Counted from the first letter of the stretch, positions 1 to 7,833 are shown. The stretch is DNA of 12,129 nucleotides from an uncultured Gemmatimonadales bacterium (GCA_963825055.1 CAWGSK010000027.1:1-12129); one strand, 5' to 3'. Notes: generated by a model from the letters alone, not told the origin. Made by a program: numbers and translations.

Positions 1-18
1 TTGATCCGGGGAGGAGTG

Positions 19-47
19 TTGCCGCCTGCCCGACTGGATATTAGCGT
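19..47 (+). promoter_or_regulatory. Putative sigma70-type promoter for the HEAT/HD-GYP pair
   Basis: TTGCCG (19-24), 17-bp spacer, TAGCGT (42-47; TAnnnT), upstream of ATG 121. Motif match by eye only. Confidence 0.35.
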
Positions 48-120
48 GATGCATCCGCTCACCAATCGCCAGCACTGGAGCCCACGCCCTGCGACTCGCG
101 CCGGCCCTGCACCCTCGATC

Positions 121-2196
121 ATGAGCCGCTCCGCTGGAGCGGCGGGCCGCCGCACGCTCTCTGCCGATCTCTCGCTGTTCCTTGTACAGTTTTCCATCGC
201 GCTGCACAAGAAAACCACCTACCCTCCCGGCCATCCGCTGCTGCGCGCCGCGACGGACACCGCCGCCGCCCGTCTCCGCAGCCTGCTGCGGCATCATCAC
301 CAGTTCGAGATCGGCGTCGCCCGTCACCAGCTCGTCGTGGGGGGCAGCCCCACGGATCCGGAAAATCCCGTGCTGCGCGACCTCGCCCTCCGGCTGCACC
401 GGCACCAGCTGGCCGTGCTCCGGTTCTCGGAGGGCACCGGCGCGGAGGAACTGGAACGACTCCTCGGTGCCGTCGCGGTCGATCCGCGCCAGGGCGGGAC
501 CCCACTGGGGCAGCAGAGCCCGGACCAGCTCGCGGAGTGGCCGACCATCAGAATGGAACCGCTGCCGCTGGACCAGCTCGCGCTCTCGGACGGCCCCATC
601 GAGGCCGGCGCGGAGGCGGTCAGCCGGCTGTGGCTCTCCCTGGTCGGTGCCGCGCTCCTCGGCGAGAATGAGGAGCAGGAGCCCGGTGCGCCCGGGGCTC
701 CCGGGGCCGGCAGCATGGAGCCCGGCACTCTCGCCGAGGCGATCGCCGGGCGCCAGCACGATGTCACCTATGATCGCGTCATCGTCGATTACCTGGTGAC
801 CCTGACGCAGGCGCTCCGGGATGACGAGACCGGGGGTCCGGCGGCCGGGCAGGTGCGGCAGCAGGTGTCCGAGCTCCTCACGCAGCTCGGGCCGGACGCG
901 ATCCAGGCCCTGCTCGCGTCCGGGGCGAGCCTGGCCCAGCAGCAGTCCCTCGTGTCCCACGCCGCCCGGTCGCTTCCGCTTCAGGCCGTGCTGGAGCTGG
1001 TGGAGGCCGCGGCCCGCGCCTCCGGCCACGACATCAGTCACTCGCTCCTCCGGATCATGGGCAAGCTGGCCTCCTATGCGGGCCGGGACGACAGCGGTGG
1101 CATGGGCACCATGGCGGACACCGCGGTGCGTGACACGATTCGCCAGCTGGTCAGCTCCTGGACACTGGAGGATCCCAACCCCGGCCACTATCGCCGCATG
1201 CTCGAGCTGATGGCGGCTCCCACGGACGTCGAAACCCGGGACGGGATGGACGGCGACACCGGCGCCCGGCGGATCGTCATGATGAGCCTGGAGCTGGACG
1301 CTGCGGGCGAGACCCTCCAGCGCGCCGTCGAGATGATGGTGGACGCGGGCGACGCCTCCACCCTCATGGGGCTGCTCGGCGTCGCGGGGGACGGCACCGC
1401 CGTGCGCGCCGTCCGCAGACACCTGGCCACCCCGGCCATGCTGGAGTTGATCCTCAGTGACGAGAGCCTGGACCCCGCCGCGGTCGATTCCCTCCTCGCC
1501 GGACTGGGGCCAGCCGTCGCGGGGACCATGCTCGATGTCCTGGCGGAATCGGATTCGATCACGGTGCGCCGCCGCCTGCTGAGCCGGCTGGCAGCCTTGG
1601 GCGATGCGATCGGGGGCCCCATCGTCGAGCGCCTGTCCGGGGCGCCCTGGTATGTCCTGCGGAACCTGCTCAGCCTGCTGGGCGGATTGTCGCGACTCCC
1701 GGATGGATGCGATGTCGCCGGCTACACGACCCACAGTGACGCGCGCGTCCGGCGTGAAGCATGGAAACTGCTGTTTCGTGATCCCGACGCCCGCGCCGAG
1801 TCTCTTCGGCGGGCCCTCTCGGATCCCGACACCGGCGTCGTGGAACTCGCCATGGTCTCGGCGGCGGGCGACTGCCCCGCAGCGGTCGCGCAGCGCATTG
1901 TCATGCTGATCGACCAGGGCATGCTCCGACCGGACACCCGGGTGCAGGCACTCCGCACCCTCAGCACCGTGAATCTTCCGCTGGCGAGGGACCGGCTCAT
2001 TGCCAGCGCCCTGCGTCCCCGACGCTGGCTCCCCTGGCGGCGGCTGGCACCGCGAGGCCCGGAGGTAATCACCGCGCTCGACGCACTGGCGAGGCGCTGG
2101 CACGACGACCCGTCGGCTCTCTCCGTGCTGCAACTGGCGCTCGCCAGTCGGGATCCGGAAATCCGGGCCGCGGCGGGGGAGGATGCCGGTGGCTGA
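121..2196 (+). CDS. Large alpha-helical HEAT/ARM-repeat-like protein (~691 aa) with an uncharacterised N-terminal domain
   Basis: Long ORF with GC-rich third codon positions. C-terminal helical repeats include PWYVLRNLLSLLG, SDARVRREAWKLL, DPDTGVVELA and SRDPEIRAAA. The frame is open from base 1; ATG 121 is preferred (alternative ATG 49) because the upstream translation looks low-complexity and overlaps a candidate promoter. Confidence 0.75.
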   Translation: MSRSAGAAGRRTLSADLSLFLVQFSIALHKKTTYPPGHPLLRAATDTAAARLRSLLRHHHQFEIGVARHQLVVGGSPTDPENPVLRDLALRLHRHQLAVLRFSEGTGAEELERLLGAVAVDPRQGGTPLGQQSPDQLAEWPTIRMEPLPLDQLALSDGPIEAGAEAVSRLWLSLVGAALLGENEEQEPGAPGAPGAGSMEPGTLAEAIAGRQHDVTYDRVIVDYLVTLTQALRDDETGGPAAGQVRQQVSELLTQLGPDAIQALLASGASLAQQQSLVSHAARSLPLQAVLELVEAAARASGHDISHSLLRIMGKLASYAGRDDSGGMGTMADTAVRDTIRQLVSSWTLEDPNPGHYRRMLELMAAPTDVETRDGMDGDTGARRIVMMSLELDAAGETLQRAVEMMVDAGDASTLMGLLGVAGDGTAVRAVRRHLATPAMLELILSDESLDPAAVDSLLAGLGPAVAGTMLDVLAESDSITVRRRLLSRLAALGDAIGGPIVERLSGAPWYVLRNLLSLLGGLSRLPDGCDVAGYTTHSDARVRREAWKLLFRDPDARAESLRRALSDPDTGVVELAMVSAAGDCPAAVAQRIVMLIDQGMLRPDTRVQALRTLSTVNLPLARDRLIASALRPRRWLPWRRLAPRGPEVITALDALARRWHDDPSALSVLQLALASRDPEIRAAAGEDAGG
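682..708 (+). repeat. Imperfect 9-bp in-frame repeat encoding (PGA)x3 linker
   Basis: cccggtgcg cccggggct cccggggcc, following the acidic stretch ENEEQE. Confidence 0.6.
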
Positions 2197-3373
2197 TCCG
2201 GTCCGCTTCCTGACCGCGCTCGGCAAGGCGCTGTCCGCACAGGCGCTCTACGACCGGAACCATCCGGCCCGCGAACGGGCCGTGGAACACGCGTTCCAGG
2301 CCCTGCTCGACCTGCGCGAGGCGGACGCCACGCCACGGATCACCTTCCTGGAGGGCGAGGTCTATTACGACCAGCAGGTGATCCAGGCACTCAAGGGATG
2401 GGACTGGGCCGCGCGACTGTCCCTGGCCGGGATCCAGCGGATCGAGGTTCACGACCCGGTTGCACTGGAGGACTTCCGGGGCTTCCTGGAGGAGCTGGCC
2501 GCGCGGGTCTCGTCGAGTGAGGCTGAAACCGCGGAGGCCCGCCAGATGGTGACGCGGAGCATCCGGTACGGCATGGTCGGTATCCGCGGCAGCGCCTCGC
2601 CGCTGGTCGACGCCGTGGCCACGGCCGGGGCCACCTTCGCGTTCTCCCTGGGCGAGGAAGTGCGGGCCGTCCAATGGGTGCACGAGGAAGTGGCGTCCAC
2701 GGGCAAGCTCCCCATGGTGGAGGCCGAGTCCATCGTCCGGAGCCTCGCGGTGGCGATGCACAGCCAGCGGCAGGCCCTCCTGCCGCTGCTCGAGCTGCGG
2801 CAGTTCGATGAATACACGACGACGCACGCGACGAACGTGTCCGTGCTCAGCATGGCACTGGCCGAACAGCTCGGGTACGCCCCGCGCGAGGTGCGGACCG
2901 TGGGCGTGGCCGGCCTGCTGCACGATCTTGGCAAGGTGCGCGTCCCGAAGGAGATCCTGACAAAACCGGGAGCGCTCAGCGAGGACGAGGTGGCCGCGAT
3001 GCGCCGTCACCCGGCCGAGGGGGCGCGCATCATCCTGGAGCGTGAACGCGACCTCGACCTCTCCGCCGTGGTGGCCTATGAGCACCACATCCGGATCGAC
3101 GGGGGCGGCTATCCGGACCTCACCTACGCGCGGGGCGCGCACTACGCGAGCCAGCTCGTGCATGTCTGCGACGTCTACGACGCGCTCTGCACGACCCGCC
3201 CCTATCGCGAGGCGTGGGAGCCGGAACGCGCCATGAGTTATCTCGAGGAGCGAGTCGGGCTGGAGTTCCAGGCCGAGCTGGTCCAGGCATTCGGGATCAT
3301 GACCCGCCATGCCACGCGGCAGGTCATGACGATCGAGGATCCCTTCATCCCGCCGGAACCACTCCCCGCGTGA
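2189..3373 (+). CDS. HD-GYP domain metal-dependent phosphohydrolase (probable cyclic-dinucleotide phosphodiesterase)
   Basis: Motifs DEYTTTH, LLHDLGK, HPAEG, HHIRIDGGGYP and DVYDALCTTRPYR. GGAGG at 2178-2182 lies 6 nt before GTG 2189 (ATG 2183 is the alternative start). Overlaps the upstream stop codon, suggesting translational coupling. Confidence 0.9.
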   Translation: MADPVRFLTALGKALSAQALYDRNHPARERAVEHAFQALLDLREADATPRITFLEGEVYYDQQVIQALKGWDWAARLSLAGIQRIEVHDPVALEDFRGFLEELAARVSSSEAETAEARQMVTRSIRYGMVGIRGSASPLVDAVATAGATFAFSLGEEVRAVQWVHEEVASTGKLPMVEAESIVRSLAVAMHSQRQALLPLLELRQFDEYTTTHATNVSVLSMALAEQLGYAPREVRTVGVAGLLHDLGKVRVPKEILTKPGALSEDEVAAMRRHPAEGARIILERERDLDLSAVVAYEHHIRIDGGGYPDLTYARGAHYASQLVHVCDVYDALCTTRPYREAWEPERAMSYLEERVGLEFQAELVQAFGIMTRHATRQVMTIEDPFIPPEPLPA

Positions 3374-3389
3374 CGGCCGCCCCCCCCGA

Positions 3390-3854
3390 TCAGCGCCGGA
3401 GGGCCGGTGCGCCCAGCACCCGCAAGGCCTCATACAGTACAATCCCCGCCGCCGTGGCGAGGTTGAGACTCCGGATGTTGCCGTTCATCGGGATGGTGAA
3501 ACAGCGCTCGGGATACTTCTCCAGGATCCGGGGCGGCATGCCCTCCGTTTCGCTGCCAAGGACCAGGCAGCCATTCGGCTGCCAGGGCGCCTCGACATAA
3601 CTCCGCGTCGCGTTGGCCGAGAAGTAGAGGCAGCGCTCGGGCGCCATGACATGCCGGAACTCCCGCCAGTGGCGGTGGACCCACAGGTCTACGTGTTGCC
3701 AGTAGTCGAGGCCGGCGCGCTTCAGGTCCGCGTCCTCGAGGGTGAAGCCGAGCGGCTCGATGAGGTGCAGGCTGGTCCCGGTAGCGGCACAGAGCCGGGC
3801 AATGTTGCCGGTGTTGGGAGGGATCCGGGGTTCGATGAGGGCGAGGTGGGGCAC
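3390..3854 (-). CDS. trmL: tRNA (cytidine/uridine(34)-2'-O)-methyltransferase, SPOUT family (154 aa)
   Basis: EPRIPPNTGNIARLCA, LHLIEPLGF, LKRAGLDYW, GSETEG, IPM...RSLNLA. GTG start at 3854; the ORF-track extension to 3935 only translates the repeat array. Confidence 0.95.
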   Translation of the reverse strand: MPHLALIEPRIPPNTGNIARLCAATGTSLHLIEPLGFTLEDADLKRAGLDYWQHVDLWVHRHWREFRHVMAPERCLYFSANATRSYVEAPWQPNGCLVLGSETEGMPPRILEKYPERCFTIPMNGNIRSLNLATAAGIVLYEALRVLGAPALRR

Positions 3855-3861
3855 GGAAGAC

Positions 3862-3945
3862 TCGTTGAGTCGTGAGGTCGTTGAGTCGTTGAGTCGTTGA
3901 ATGGTAATAGCGCCACCCACGACCCGACGATTCAACGATTCAACG
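3862..3945. repeat. Octamer tandem arrays in inverted arrangement: (TCGTTGAG)x5 imperfect at 3862-3901 and (ACGATTCA)x2.4 at 3927-3945
   Basis: Units are tcgttgag, tcgtgagg, tcgttgag, tcgttgag, tcgttgaa. 3887-3902 matches the reverse complement of 3930-3945 at 15 of 16 positions. Confidence 0.9.
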
Positions 3946-3971
3946 CAGGGAACGATCCGGCCGGCGGGTCG

Positions 3972-5000
3972 TCAGCCACCCCTGGTATGCATCTCCCGGT
4001 GCGGGTCGGCGCGCAGCCCGTCGAGCTGGTAGAGGGCGCCACGGTCCGCAAGGGCAGCGCGCTCCTCGGCGCCGCGATCCGTGCGGGCCGACCAGGTGCG
4101 GTGGATGAGTTCGGTGAGCTCGGCGTCGCTCGCGCCGGCGCGCAGCGGCTCGCGCAGGTCCACGCCGGACTGCGCATACAGGCAGAGATACCACGTCCCG
4201 TCGGCGGTCAGGCGGCTCCGGTCGCAGTCGCGGCAGAACGGTGCCGTGGTACTGGCGATGATGCCGAAACGGGTGCCATCGGCCAGGGTCCAGGTGTCGG
4301 CCGGCGCACGCGGGTCACCCGCCTCCGCCGTGATCTCCCCGAACCGTGCGCGGATCGCCGCAAGCATCTGCTCGCGGCTCACGACCTGGTCCATCGACCA
4401 TCCGGTGGCGCCACCCACGTCCATGTACTCGATGAAGCGGACCTCGATCGCGCGGTCTCTCCCGAACTCCAGGAGCGGGATGACCTCGTCCTCGTTGAAG
4501 CCGCGGATGATCACGGCGTTCAGCTTGGTGCCGGTAAACCCTGCCTCCCGGGCGGCGTCCAGCCCGCGCAGGACATCCGCGTGCCTGCCGCTCCTCGCGA
4601 AGCGGGCGAAGCGGGCGGGGTCGAGCGTGTCGAGGCTGACGGTGAGGCGCCGGAGCCCGGCCTCGCGGAGCGCCACGGCGTGACGCGCGAGGAGAACCCC
4701 GTTCGTGGTGAGTGCCAGGTCGTCCGCGCGAGGGACCGCCGCCAGCATCCCCACCAGCGAGGGCAGCTCGTTACGGAGCAGCGGTTCGCCGCCCGTGAGG
4801 CGCAGCTTCCGTGCGCCGAGGGCCGTGAAGAGGCCGGCCAGGCGGGTGGTCTCCTCGAAGGAGAGGATGGAATCGCGCGGGAGCCAGACATAGCTCTCCT
4901 CCGGCATGCAATAGCGACAACGGAGGTTGCACCGGTCGGTCACCGAGATGCGGAGGCTGCCAAGGGGCCGCTCGAACCGGTCCACTGCCGGGGCGGTCAC
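3972..5000 (-). CDS. moaA: GTP 3',8-cyclase, radical SAM molybdenum cofactor biosynthesis protein (342 aa)
   Basis: LRISVTDRCNLRCRYCMP (CxxxCxxC), LTGGEPLLR, TTNG, RFIEYM, Cx2Cx13C and C-terminal GG. GTG 5000 overlaps the moaE stop (GTGA). Confidence 0.96.
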   Translation of the reverse strand: MTAPAVDRFERPLGSLRISVTDRCNLRCRYCMPEESYVWLPRDSILSFEETTRLAGLFTALGARKLRLTGGEPLLRNELPSLVGMLAAVPRADDLALTTNGVLLARHAVALREAGLRRLTVSLDTLDPARFARFARSGRHADVLRGLDAAREAGFTGTKLNAVIIRGFNEDEVIPLLEFGRDRAIEVRFIEYMDVGGATGWSMDQVVSREQMLAAIRARFGEITAEAGDPRAPADTWTLADGTRFGIIASTTAPFCRDCDRSRLTADGTWYLCLYAQSGVDLREPLRAGASDAELTELIHRTWSARTDRGAEERAALADRGALYQLDGLRADPHREMHTRGG

Positions 5001-5440
5001 GTGCGCACCTTCCCTTCCGCCGTGCCCCCTGGCGCCGTCGGATCCACCCACGCCACAGAGCCGTCGGCATAGTGCTCGCGTTTCCAGACCGGGAGCCGGG
5101 ACTTCGCTTGCTCAATCACCCATCGGCACGCCTCGAAGGCCTCGGCGCGGTGGGCACCACCGGCGGCGACCGCCACCGCGACATCGCCGATGGCGAGCAG
5201 GCCGGTGCGGTGACGAAGCGCAACCCGCACGGGCCAGCGGCGCTCCGCTTCCTCCAGGATCTCCGTAGCAACCGTCTCGGCCATCTCGGGATAGGCGCTG
5301 TACTCGAGGCGGTCCACCACCCGTCCGTGGTGGTGATCCCGCACGAGGCCGGTGAAGGTCGCCACCGCTCCGTGGGCGGCGGTGGCCACGTCGGCCGCGA
5401 GGGTGGCCACGTCGATCGGGTCCGCAGTCAGGCAGGCCAT
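4997..5440 (-). CDS. moaE: Molybdopterin synthase catalytic subunit
   Basis: GAVATFTGLVRD, LEYSAYPEMA, HRTGLL, HRAEAFEAC and PVWKREHY; lies between moaD and moaA. Confidence 0.95.
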   Translation of the reverse strand: MACLTADPIDVATLAADVATAAHGAVATFTGLVRDHHHGRVVDRLEYSAYPEMAETVATEILEEAERRWPVRVALRHRTGLLAIGDVAVAVAAGGAHRAEAFEACRWVIEQAKSRLPVWKREHYADGSVAWVDPTAPGGTAEGKVRT

Positions 5441-5442
5441 GG

Positions 5443-5706
5443 TCAGCCGCCCGCCACCGGAGGCAGGATGGCCAGTTCGTCTCCCTCGTGGACGATTTCG
5501 TCGCCCCGAGCCTGGACGGCATTGAGCGCGCAGAGCGGCCGCGGCGGGATGACCTCGGCCCCGGGAACGGTGGAGCGGATGCGCGTGAGCAGGTCCCGAA
5601 CGGTCACCGGGCCGTCAAAGGGGAGCGCAAGGCGTTCCACCCCCACGAGTTCCGCGTACCGCGCGAAGAACCGAACCTCAATCGTTGCCGTGCGGGTCTG
5701 TGTCAT
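5443..5706 (-). CDS. moaD: Molybdopterin synthase sulfur carrier subunit, MoaD/ThiS family (87 aa)
   Basis: VRFFARYAELVG near the N-terminus and C-terminal GDELAILPPVAGG diglycine; adjacent to moaE. ATG 5706 preferred. Confidence 0.92.
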   Translation of the reverse strand: MTQTRTATIEVRFFARYAELVGVERLALPFDGPVTVRDLLTRIRSTVPGAEVIPPRPLCALNAVQARGDEIVHEGDELAILPPVAGG

Positions 5707-5786
5707 CTGGTCCGTTCGAAACAAAATGGGCCGCGATGAGTGAACCATCGGGCGGACGTGGTGTTCCCGAAGTCCCGGTGGAACGC

Positions 5787-5815
5787 AAAAGGGGAGCCGG
5801 ACACCCGGCTCCCCT
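5787..5815 (-). terminator. Rho-independent terminator after the HU/IHF gene
   Basis: - strand reads AGGGGAGCCGG-GTGT-CCGGCTCCCC-TTTT: a perfect 10-11-bp GC stem plus U4, about 22 nt after the stop codon. Confidence 0.85.
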
Positions 5816-5837
5816 CTGTGCCCCCGTGTCCAGCGCC

Positions 5838-6176
5838 TCAGGAGGAGGAAGCGGCGGCCTCTCCCGGCCCGGAGGATTGGTCCTCCTCCGCAACCATTGT
5901 CCGTAACTCCTTGCTGGGCTTGAACACCGGGACCGGACGCGCCGCCACTTCCACCGGCTCACCCGTCCTGGGGTTCCGCGCCATCCTGGTCTTCCGCCGC
6001 CGGATCTTGAACGTTCCGAATCCGCGGACTTCGATGTTCTGCTGGTTGCTCAATGCCAGTTTGATCGCGTCAAGAAACGCGTCCACCACCCGGGCACAAT
6101 CCTTCTTGGAGATCATGGGGCCGGAGGTGCGGGCGATTGAGGCCGTGACCTGCTCCACGAGATCAGCTTTGGTCAT
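5838..6176 (-). CDS. HU/IHF-family histone-like DNA-binding protein (112 aa)
   Basis: MTKADLVEQV, IEVRGFGTF, RMARNPRTGEPV and VFKPSKELR; SD-like AGGGGGA upstream. HU versus IHF-beta cannot be decided by eye. Confidence 0.93.
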   Translation of the reverse strand: MTKADLVEQVTASIARTSGPMISKKDCARVVDAFLDAIKLALSNQQNIEVRGFGTFKIRRRKTRMARNPRTGEPVEVAARPVPVFKPSKELRTMVAEEDQSSGPGEAAASSS

Positions 6177-6233
6177 TCATCCCCCTGGAAGACACGCCAA
6201 AAGGGTTCCTCGCGGAGAGGGCACCCAGAGGCG

Positions 6234-6262
6234 ATAGTACGGGCTTACCTGTTGACTGTCAA
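6234..6262 (-). promoter_or_regulatory. Near-consensus sigma70 promoter for the HU/IHF gene
   Basis: - strand TTGACA (6262-6257), exactly 17-bp spacer, TACTAT (6239-6234). Confidence 0.8.
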
Positions 6263-6276
6263 GGGGTTGGGGCGCC

Positions 6277-7374
6277 TCAGGCGCCCCGATCCCGGATCAG
6301 GCGCAGGAATTGGCCAAAATGGGGGTAGGCATCGTGGGGTCCCGGAGAGGCCTCCGGGTGATACTGAACGGCGAAAATCGGTAAGTCCTTGTGTCGCAAT
6401 CCCTCAACCGTTCCATCGTTCAGGTTGAGATGCGTAACCTCGAGATCCGGGGCCCCGGGCACGCCGGATTCGTCTCCCTCAACGGCGAAACCGTGGTTCT
6501 GCGAGGTGATCAGGACCTTCCCGGTGGCAAGATCCTTGACGGGGTGGTTTCCGCCCCGGTGCCCGTACGGCATCTTCGTGGTCCGCCCGCCAAAGCTCAA
6601 GGCCAGGAGCTGGTGCCCCAGGCAAATCCCGAAGGTGGGGACACCCGATTCGGCGACCGCCCGGATGGGGCCGAAGGCGTAATCGACAGCGGCGGGATCG
6701 CCCGGGCCGTTGCTGAGGAAGAGACCGTCCGGCTTGAGGTCCATGATCTCCTGTGCCGTAGCCCTCGCGGGAACGACCGTCACCCGAAAGCCCCGTCCCA
6801 CCAGCATTTCCACGATATTCCGCTTCATGCCGAAGTCGCAGGCCACCACGTGCGGGCCTTCACCCTCGCTGTAGGCCGCCTCGACGGTCGCCCGCGAGGC
6901 GAGGTCCAGGCCGTCCATGGAGGGGGACGCCGCGAGCCGGCTCTCAAGGTCCCGCGATGGAGCGGTTCCCTCGGCGATCACCCCGCGCATGGCGCCGCGT
7001 TCCCGGATGTGCCGGGTGAGCCGGCGGGTGTCGACCTGCGCGATCACCGGGATGCCGTGCTCGCCCAGCCATTCACCGAGGTCCTGGGTTGCACGCCAGT
7101 TGCTCGCCCGACGTGCCAGTTCCCGGACGACGACGCCCGAGACCTGGGGCGATTTCGACTCCATGTCCTCCGGATTGACGCCGTAGTTGCCGATCATGGG
7201 CGCTGTCATGACGACGATCTGCCCCATGTAACTGGGGTCCGTGAACGTCTCCTGGTAGCCGCTCATGCTGGTGGTGAAGACCACCTCGCCGAAGACCGGC
7301 CCACCAGGGGACGCCAGTTCCCCGGCATACCAGGTGCCGTCTTCGAGCAACACGAATGCGGGGCGGCCGGTCAT
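6277..7374 (-). CDS. carA: Carbamoyl-phosphate synthase small (glutaminase) subunit (365 aa)
   Basis: LLEDGT, GEVVFTTSMSGYQETFTDPSY, SNGPGDP, GICLGHQ (catalytic Cys), SQNHGF and QYHPEASPGP. ATG 7374 preferred. Confidence 0.97.
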   Translation of the reverse strand: MTGRPAFVLLEDGTWYAGELASPGGPVFGEVVFTTSMSGYQETFTDPSYMGQIVVMTAPMIGNYGVNPEDMESKSPQVSGVVVRELARRASNWRATQDLGEWLGEHGIPVIAQVDTRRLTRHIRERGAMRGVIAEGTAPSRDLESRLAASPSMDGLDLASRATVEAAYSEGEGPHVVACDFGMKRNIVEMLVGRGFRVTVVPARATAQEIMDLKPDGLFLSNGPGDPAAVDYAFGPIRAVAESGVPTFGICLGHQLLALSFGGRTTKMPYGHRGGNHPVKDLATGKVLITSQNHGFAVEGDESGVPGAPDLEVTHLNLNDGTVEGLRHKDLPIFAVQYHPEASPGPHDAYPHFGQFLRLIRDRGA

Positions 7375-7408
7375 CCGGCAGCCCCGCGACGTACGCATGC
7401 CGCCATGA

Positions 7409-7777
7409 TCAATTCGTGGAGTCCGGCGCCCCGGTTACCGGCGCCTGTGGCACCGCCGGGGTCGTGTTGTCGAGCGGGAGCGGCGCCGTCTGCGTGGGTG
7501 CGCCGGTCCCCTGCTGAAGCCGCTGCTGCAGTTCCGTGGTGCCCGCACTGCGGTTGGCCAGCATCACCGACATCAGGAGCGACAGGAAGAGGAAGATCCC
7601 CCCGCCCCACCATGTGGCGCGGGTCAGGACGGTCACCGCCTGCCGGCCGCCGACGACCATGTCGGTCGAGCCGCCGCCCAGCGCGGCCAGGCCGCCGCCC
7701 TGTCCGGCCTGGAGCAGGATCGCGGTCGCGAGGACAATCGCGTCGATGATGAGCAGAATGAGCAGAAAAGTGTACAT
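7409..7777 (-). CDS. secG: Preprotein translocase subunit SecG (122 aa)
   Basis: Two hydrophobic segments, ILLQAGQGGGL...GG linker, LTRAT and a Pro/Thr-rich tail; conserved position downstream of tpiA. Start ATG 7777. Confidence 0.93.
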   Translation of the reverse strand: MYTFLLILLIIDAIVLATAILLQAGQGGGLAALGGGSTDMVVGGRQAVTVLTRATWWGGGIFLFLSLLMSVMLANRSAGTTELQQRLQQGTGAPTQTAPLPLDNTTPAVPQAPVTGAPDSTN

Positions 7778-7804
7778 GGGTCCCGGGTTCTGGTTTAGCC
7801 GGAA

Positions 7805-7833
7805 AATATAAGCGGGAGGGGTCGAGGGGTCGA
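7805..7833 (-). promoter_or_regulatory. Putative secG promoter
   Basis: TATATT -10-like box (7810-7805) in an AT-rich patch 27 nt before the ATG. TCGACC, supplied by the octamer repeat, falls at 17-bp spacing (7833-7828). Confidence 0.45.

Noticed and set aside
3374..3389. Terminator between the convergent HD-GYP and trmL genes
   Set aside because: The gap is only 16 bp, with no convincing stem plus U-tract.
2069..3442. 457-aa antisense ORF opposite the HD-GYP gene
   Set aside because: Shadow ORF typical of high-GC coding DNA, with no recognisable motifs.
3855..3935. N-terminal extension of trmL in the ORF track
   Set aside because: It only translates the octamer array; TrmL homology begins at GTG 3854.
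5707..5786. Possible Moco riboswitch upstream of moaD-moaE-moaA
   Set aside because: Only about 80 nt lie between the terminator and the start codon, and I see no multi-stem pattern. An Infernal/Rfam search would be definitive.
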